A stretch of DNA of 64,000 nt from Balanoglossus misakiensis (taxonomy: Eukaryota > Animalia > Hemichordata): assembly GCA_040954595.2 (NCBI GenBank), contig CM082582.2, positions 5,936,303 to 6,000,302 on the forward strand. The letters are read 5' to 3'. Made by a program: the position numbers and the translations under genes. Positions 58,167 to 64,000 of this stretch are shown in pieces. The notes beneath the pieces are model-generated. The model worked only from the letters and a program-made list of their open reading frames with translations, searched no databases and was not told where the DNA came from. How positions within the stretch are numbered: the first letter of the stretch is position 1; each line of letters begins with the position of its first letter.

Positions 58167-59640
58167 ATGAAAATGATGAAACGGCTGTTTGCTTTCCTGG
58201 TGGTTTTGGCAATTGCTGGTGGAAGTCGCATCCACCCATACTATTCAGTGGAATGGGTGTGTACATCGTGTGTTGCCACGATTTATGACGATGCGGTAAT
58301 CAACGCAGTGTGCACCCAGGAAATCCCGTGTTCCGACGAGTTGATGGAGTTACCCGACATTGTTGAGGATAAATCGCCAGAGAAAGTGTTCCATACTTAC
58401 AAGGTTATCGGAGAGTACATCGGACCAACGACGACGTTCCGTATCGTCGATGTGGTGAGAGACCAATTGGAAACGGCAAATCTGGTAAGGCTTATTTCTA
58501 TGTTATAGCTGTTAACTTTGGCTATGTTTTCAGTATTTCTGTTTTGTGTAATCTACTACAGTTTCTTCTTCAAATCCCTGAAACGTGATGAAATGCCTGG
58601 TATCCGGCTTACTAACAACACCTACGCGGCGTGACGACCCCTTCCCTTTAAATGGACAGCAATCTTAAAGGGGAAATCCGGCGTAGCTGATTTCTACATA
58701 ATTTGGTAGCTTTGATGTCACTCTTTCAGAAAAAAAACATATTCGCCATGTATAGGTCGCGCAATTTTTTACAAAATCTAGGGAAAGTTGACAGAATTTC
58801 CAATATGGCGTTTACTGTAATTTGAATCATGGGAAAAAAAGCGCCAGGACCAGATCAGAGAAGTCTACATACTCTAAATGACACAATGAGCACTTTTGTT
58901 GTTTTATCTCACAGGGAACAAAGCTTGAGGGCGAATGGGTTAATGAGTGTTTCATCGGAAAAGTGGAATTCTTCAGTGATAATGTAATCGTACCCTCCGC
59001 CAAGGAAATGACAGTACGTAAAAAAACTTTACTTTGCTCATATTTTGCAATACACTATCAACCATAACTATAAACTTAATATTGTTGATCTCGATATTTT
59101 TTCTCATACTTCTACATAATATACTTTACAGGGCTGATGAATGTACCATTGGTGTATTTTTTGCTTTGTGGTCTGTTGGGATTTCGCCTTGTTCATCCCA
59201 TCGCCCAGAAAATGAACACATCTATTTCTAACAACATAGCGTTTCGAAAATAAACCATGCGCGAGATTGTCGAAAAATAGCTATACAGAATTTCAGTAAA
59301 TGAAGATCAACCTTGTACAGAGTAATTGTAAATGTAGACGTAAATGCTACCTTTTTATCACAAAGTTCCAAATTTCAACATTGTCACGACACTATGTTAA
59401 ACCATTTCCAAGTTATTTTGAATAAAAAAAAGTCATGTGCATACTTCAGATACTTATTAAAAAAGTTATTTGGTTTTACTCCGACAGGAATGCCCTGAAC
59501 GATTGGCCACTGAAATTTACTGGAACCCGACGGGGAATATCACCTTTTCATCTGACGTCATAAACTGCTCTTACAAACATCAGGAAGATACCTTCCGCTA
59601 CTACTGCAAATATTATGAGCCAAATCAGCAGGATTGGTAG
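58167..59640 (+). CDS. Uncharacterised secreted protein, about 189 aa
   Basis: Exons 58167-58484, 58915-59013, 59488-59640, all phase 0 with GT-AG sites. Signal peptide MKMMKRLFAFLVVLAIAGG; eight Cys; ends YYCKYYEPNQQDW*. AATAAA near 59747; candidate upstream non-coding donor GTGAGT near 58016. Confidence 0.72.
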
Positions 59641-61322
59641 CCATATAACAAGCTATGGTCATGAAAATTGAACCTAATTTTCATTAGTGCATATTTAATA
59701 CGAATTTGAGAACTTTCTCTGGTCACTGATTAATATTCAATGTACAATAAATAGCATGGAATGATGTAACCTGACTCTGACTTGTGAATATAGAATATTT
59801 AAAGTTTTTTGAGTAATTAGTTTACTTTCAACTCGCATGCTAACACTTCTTAACACCAGTTAAATATGCGGTTGCCTATGGAGATTAAACAACTATTACT
59901 ATGACTAATTCAAATATAGCCAAGCACAGATTTTCAGTGGGTGGCACACGTGAAGACAGTGCGCCACCGCGGGGTCATTCGAAGACTTAAAGGACACGTC
60001 CTTCTGACATACATTAATACGAGATGACAGAAGTTCAAATCAAAAGTTCATTAATTAAGTGCTCTTTCACTAATGATGAAACCGTAGTCAAAAGCATAAT
60101 TATTGTAAATGCAAGGATGTACTCGTGGAGACATGTTTCTTTCTATATCCAATCGTTGCGTACGTTGTAAGATGATGTCTGATTGCATGGCCGTTTATTC
60201 TGTCTATAGCGCGAGCTTTAATTGGTGGAGCATCTGCATTGAATTCGCGCGGGAGGAAGTTGAAGTTCTTCATGGGTCAGCCGTTTCCCCTCACCAAAAT
60301 TAAGGTGTGTCTGATGGCCAGAAAGCAGTTGCGTGTCATTTTTGCTTTTGGTAAATTTAATTCGCCACAGTGAAACATAATTATATTCCCACGGCGCTCT
60401 GGTACGGATATAATATAATAGCAAAACACATTCAGAATTCTATATATACCCTATTGAATTTCCATCTATGAACGTAACATTTTTAGATTCTATATGTGGT
60501 TTAGGATCCCCTTTTCTATTGAGTTCTATAGAAGCATCCGAATCTATGGAAATCTGTACAACATTTTTGTAAGGGTATCTAATCTTTCTATTGGCCAAAA
60601 TTTTCAATACCCGCTTCTATATTCCTAGGTGGGCTTTGTAGCACTTTCTTTATTCACTCAAGGGGCCATTTACCGTCTGTCTGAGCCATTTGCAAACATA
60701 AGATCAACGAACTACAAGCAAACCTTTTGGTTCCACTAGTAAGGTCAGTCTGCCACGTCACTGTTACCAATTTTGATATTTTGTTCGTACTTTACTTAAT
60801 TCAAACTCATAGTTTACACTGTCTGGTTTAGTTTAGTTCAGTTTACTTATTGTACTTTTTGGACACTCTGACAAGATTCCAATTCCAATTCATTGATATT
60901 TTAACATCCTAACAATGTACTTTTTTTACTGCTGACACATCCAAATTTTTCAAGCTTTCCCGATTTCTATGGAGTGATATCAGTGCTATAAACTTCTCTG
61001 AACATAATTTCATTTTGATGCAATTTTTTTCATCGTTTACATTTTTATTTCTTACGTTCTAATTGTATCTTAATTTCGGTCTCTAATTTTGTTTGCTATT
61101 TATCTAATTATCAGGGTTCGAATTTAACATTTTATTTCCCTCCTGACCACCTTTTCCCATCCTAAAAAAAAACAATACAAAAAGGGTCTATATAGAAATA
61201 TCCTAGTCAACAAATACGGGGTTTTAACTTTCGCTGTTGATAAAATCCGCCGTCTCTGACGGTCCCATCATCTTACTACATTTTTTTTCTTTTCTCTTTA
61301 TTAATTAGAAAACCATTAAAGA

Positions 61323-63903
61323 ATGGAAGACACCAATACTGCACGTGGAGATGTTGCTATCTATCAACTGATCTCAGGATTTCAAAAATCAGCGGTGACT
61401 GTGTCCTTCAATGGTTTACCCTTGCCTTACTAATATTAAGCCTATATAAAAAGACCTCGGGGACGTTTGCATTGTCAATGCATCTATGGTCCTCCACTCA
61501 CTCGATTGAGTGACCGCGGTGCAACAAACATTTTCCTTTTACAATGTACATGACCTTGGCAACTTCAAGGTTGAGCGAGGTTGCTTTCAGTCAACGTGAC
61601 TGTACTGAGAAAATTCCTACTCGGTTAGCGAACCGAAGACGCGACAAAACATGTCATTATATACGGAAGGTCAAAAAAGCATTTTTGTGTTCTCTGAAAG
61701 TGTTCGTGAGTCCGTCATGTGATATTGAGCATAAGCTTGTTTTTGTAGCTGCACAAAACATGAGAAAACAGTTATAATTTCATGCGCTGTCATCTTAACC
61801 CACGAGTAAGCATTAAATATTCAAATGTATTCAATTTCTAAAGATCCTGTTCACTGCGTGTGAGCTGGGTATATTTGATGTCTTAGAAGATGGTAGACAA
61901 CAAGACAAGATGAGCAAGACAGCAGAGGAAGTGGCGACTGAACTTTCAACCCATGTTGAAGCGACAGAAAGACTTCTAGATGCCTGTGCTAGCATGCAAC
62001 TTCTTAGGAAGTCTTGGGAACGCGACTCGAAAGGTGAACACTATAATTTACGACTTCAGCACAAAAGCTCGAAAGAGTGAGAAGGGCGGAGGAAGGAGGG
62101 GAGGGGGAGGCCGGGAGGGAGAGAGACTATTGAAAGCATGGACATTTTAAGTGGGTTAAGGAAAATCTACAGAATCAATTCCCACAGTATGACTTGCTGA
62201 CAGTATGGAAACTCGCGTGCAGTCGAAATTTTGCCTGCCGAGCGATATTCGCATTTTTGACAAAATGTTTGTCTCCTTCTTTCAGCTTTGTATTCAAACA
62301 CTGATGAGGCTTCCAAGTACCTCACCAAAGAATCCAAGACTTCCTTGTGGGGATATGCCATCTTTGCAAAACGGAATAACTATCCGATGATGGGAAATCT
62401 TGATCATGCCGTCAGAGAAGGACAAGATCAGCACCTGAGGACCTTTGGTTTGACCAGAGGTGGAGTCTACGAGAAGTGCTATTCGGATGAAGACCGTACC
62501 AGGACGTTTATCGGTGCAATGAATGCACTGTCTGCGATGACAGCCGAGTCCATAGGACAAGCATTTGACCTGAGCGTGTTTCGATCTGTGTGTGATTTTG
62601 GAGGTAGGCATTTAACTGACTTTCAAGAAGAAAATCTTTACAATTCAATTATAGAAATAATCTACAATAAAACAATTACCAACTTAGAGGTAGGACATTT
62701 TTCGTATTCAATGTAGGTCCATCACTGTATACATATTGTTATAGTGTTCTAGAAGGACATCTCATATTTGTTTTTAGACCTCGATAATTTTGCAGGTCTT
62801 TGTCTCAACATTCATTCATCCTCACCAGGTGGAAGTGATGGCCTTGCATAAGACAATGGTTGTTGTTAGACCTCGATAATTTTGCAGGTCTTTGCCTCAA
62901 CATTCACATCTCTCCTTGCACCAGGTGGAAGTGGTGTACTTGCATATGAGATGAGTCGAATGTATCCAGAGATGTCAATCAAAGTGTTGGAACTGCCACC
63001 TGTTGTGAAGCTGTCGAAGCACTTCGAACCAAACGACGGAGTGAAACGAAATGTTCAGTTCGTGGCTGGCGATTTCTTTGTTGATGAATTACCCGAGGCT
63101 GAACTCTACATTTTCTCGATGATCTTTCATAACTGGAGTGAAGACAGGATTAATCAGATTCTTAGACGCGCGCACAAGGCATTGATACCAGGTGAGTATA
63201 AACTCGGTGTTTCCGTTGTGCCATGTTCAACGGAACAATATTTTTCCCATTCACCCTGTTTGACCATATTTCACATATACATATACTTAATATGTGAAAT
63301 AAGAAGACGTGTATCTTTCTGATCATACGCATGTACATCTCAAATGGGACTTTTTATGTGTACCGGAAGTAATTTTCTACTCGTTTAAATATTATTACCG
63401 TATAGGGATAAACTGTGTTAACGCCATCTTGAAAATTTGCAGTGCATTATGGGTAAAATTAGTTCCGGTTGGGGGGGGGGGGTAGCGTCTACAATCTATC
63501 CATTTTCCAGCGGTTTAGTCAGATTTTCTTCATGTAACTACTACTACTAACGTAACTTGAAGAAAATATGACAAAACCGCTGGAAAATTGGATAGATTGT
63601 AGACGCTACCCCCCCCCAACCGGAACGAATTTTACCCACAATGCACTGCATATTTTCAAGATGGCGTTAACACAGTTTATCCCTATAGGTGGTGCTATTC
63701 TCATCGCAGAACGCCTGTATAACGACACCAAGACAGGTCCGGTTGACACTGCTGCGAGATGTATGCAAATGCTGGTACTGAACGAAGGCAAGGAAAGACC
63801 AGCCAAGGAGTACAAAGATCTGTTGGAGAAGAATGGTTTCAGTGATGTCCGGGTGAAGCGTACAAGGACGTTACAAGATGCAGTTTTTGCGAGACGATAT
63901 TGA
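61323..63903 (+). CDS. ASMT: Acetylserotonin O-methyltransferase-like (methyltransf_2 family)
   Basis: Exons 61323-61394, 61844-62033, 62286-62603, 62925-63191, 63689-63903. GF.KSAILFTACELGIFDVL (dimerisation), ERLLDAC, YSNT, AVREG, AFDLS.F..VCDFGGGSG (SAM motif I), VAGDFFVDELPEA, FHNW, PGGAILIAE, EGKER. Confidence 0.92.
63401..63687. mobile_element. Foldback (palindromic) element with ~130-bp arms in the last ASMT intron
   Basis: TATAGGGATAAACTGTGTTAACGCCATCTTGAAAAT...TTTTCTTCA, a ~25-nt spacer, then TGAAGAAAA...ATTTTCAAGATGGCGTTAACACAGTTTATCCCTATA; few mismatches between arms. Confidence 0.9.
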
Positions 63904-64000
63904 AATTCTTCTCTTCACATCTATCCCAATAATGTACCATTAGTGGTCTGAAATTTTGTCTTTATAGCTAATAGTAAAATTCTAGTGATTTGTAACCTTA

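Overview
AT-rich eukaryotic genomic DNA with GT-AG introns, most likely from an invertebrate bilaterian (species not determinable from sequence). Manual splicing supports eight protein-coding genes. Minus strand: 5' part of the sodium leak channel NALCN (runs off the left edge), a PSKH1-type Ser/Thr kinase, cyclin E, a TP53INP/DOR-family autophagy adaptor and NAGPA (uncovering enzyme). Plus strand: a BtpA/SgcQ-family TIM-barrel protein, an unrecognised ~189-aa secreted Cys-containing protein and an ASMT-like O-methyltransferase. Non-coding DNA holds about 10 copies of a ~90-bp TTAA-flanked MITE, other MITEs, a 4x218-bp tandem array and long (CAT)n and (AAC)n microsatellites. Most notable observations: TP53INP-cyclin E linkage resembling human TP53INP1-CCNE2; a ~287-bp foldback element that contains the last ASMT splice acceptor; a duplicated decoy acceptor and an HD-to-HN active-site change in ASMT; a decayed LITAF-like segment antisense in the NAGPA 3' UTR; and the orphan secreted protein. 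I see no clear evidence of a wholly new multi-gene system. All exon coordinates were read by eye.
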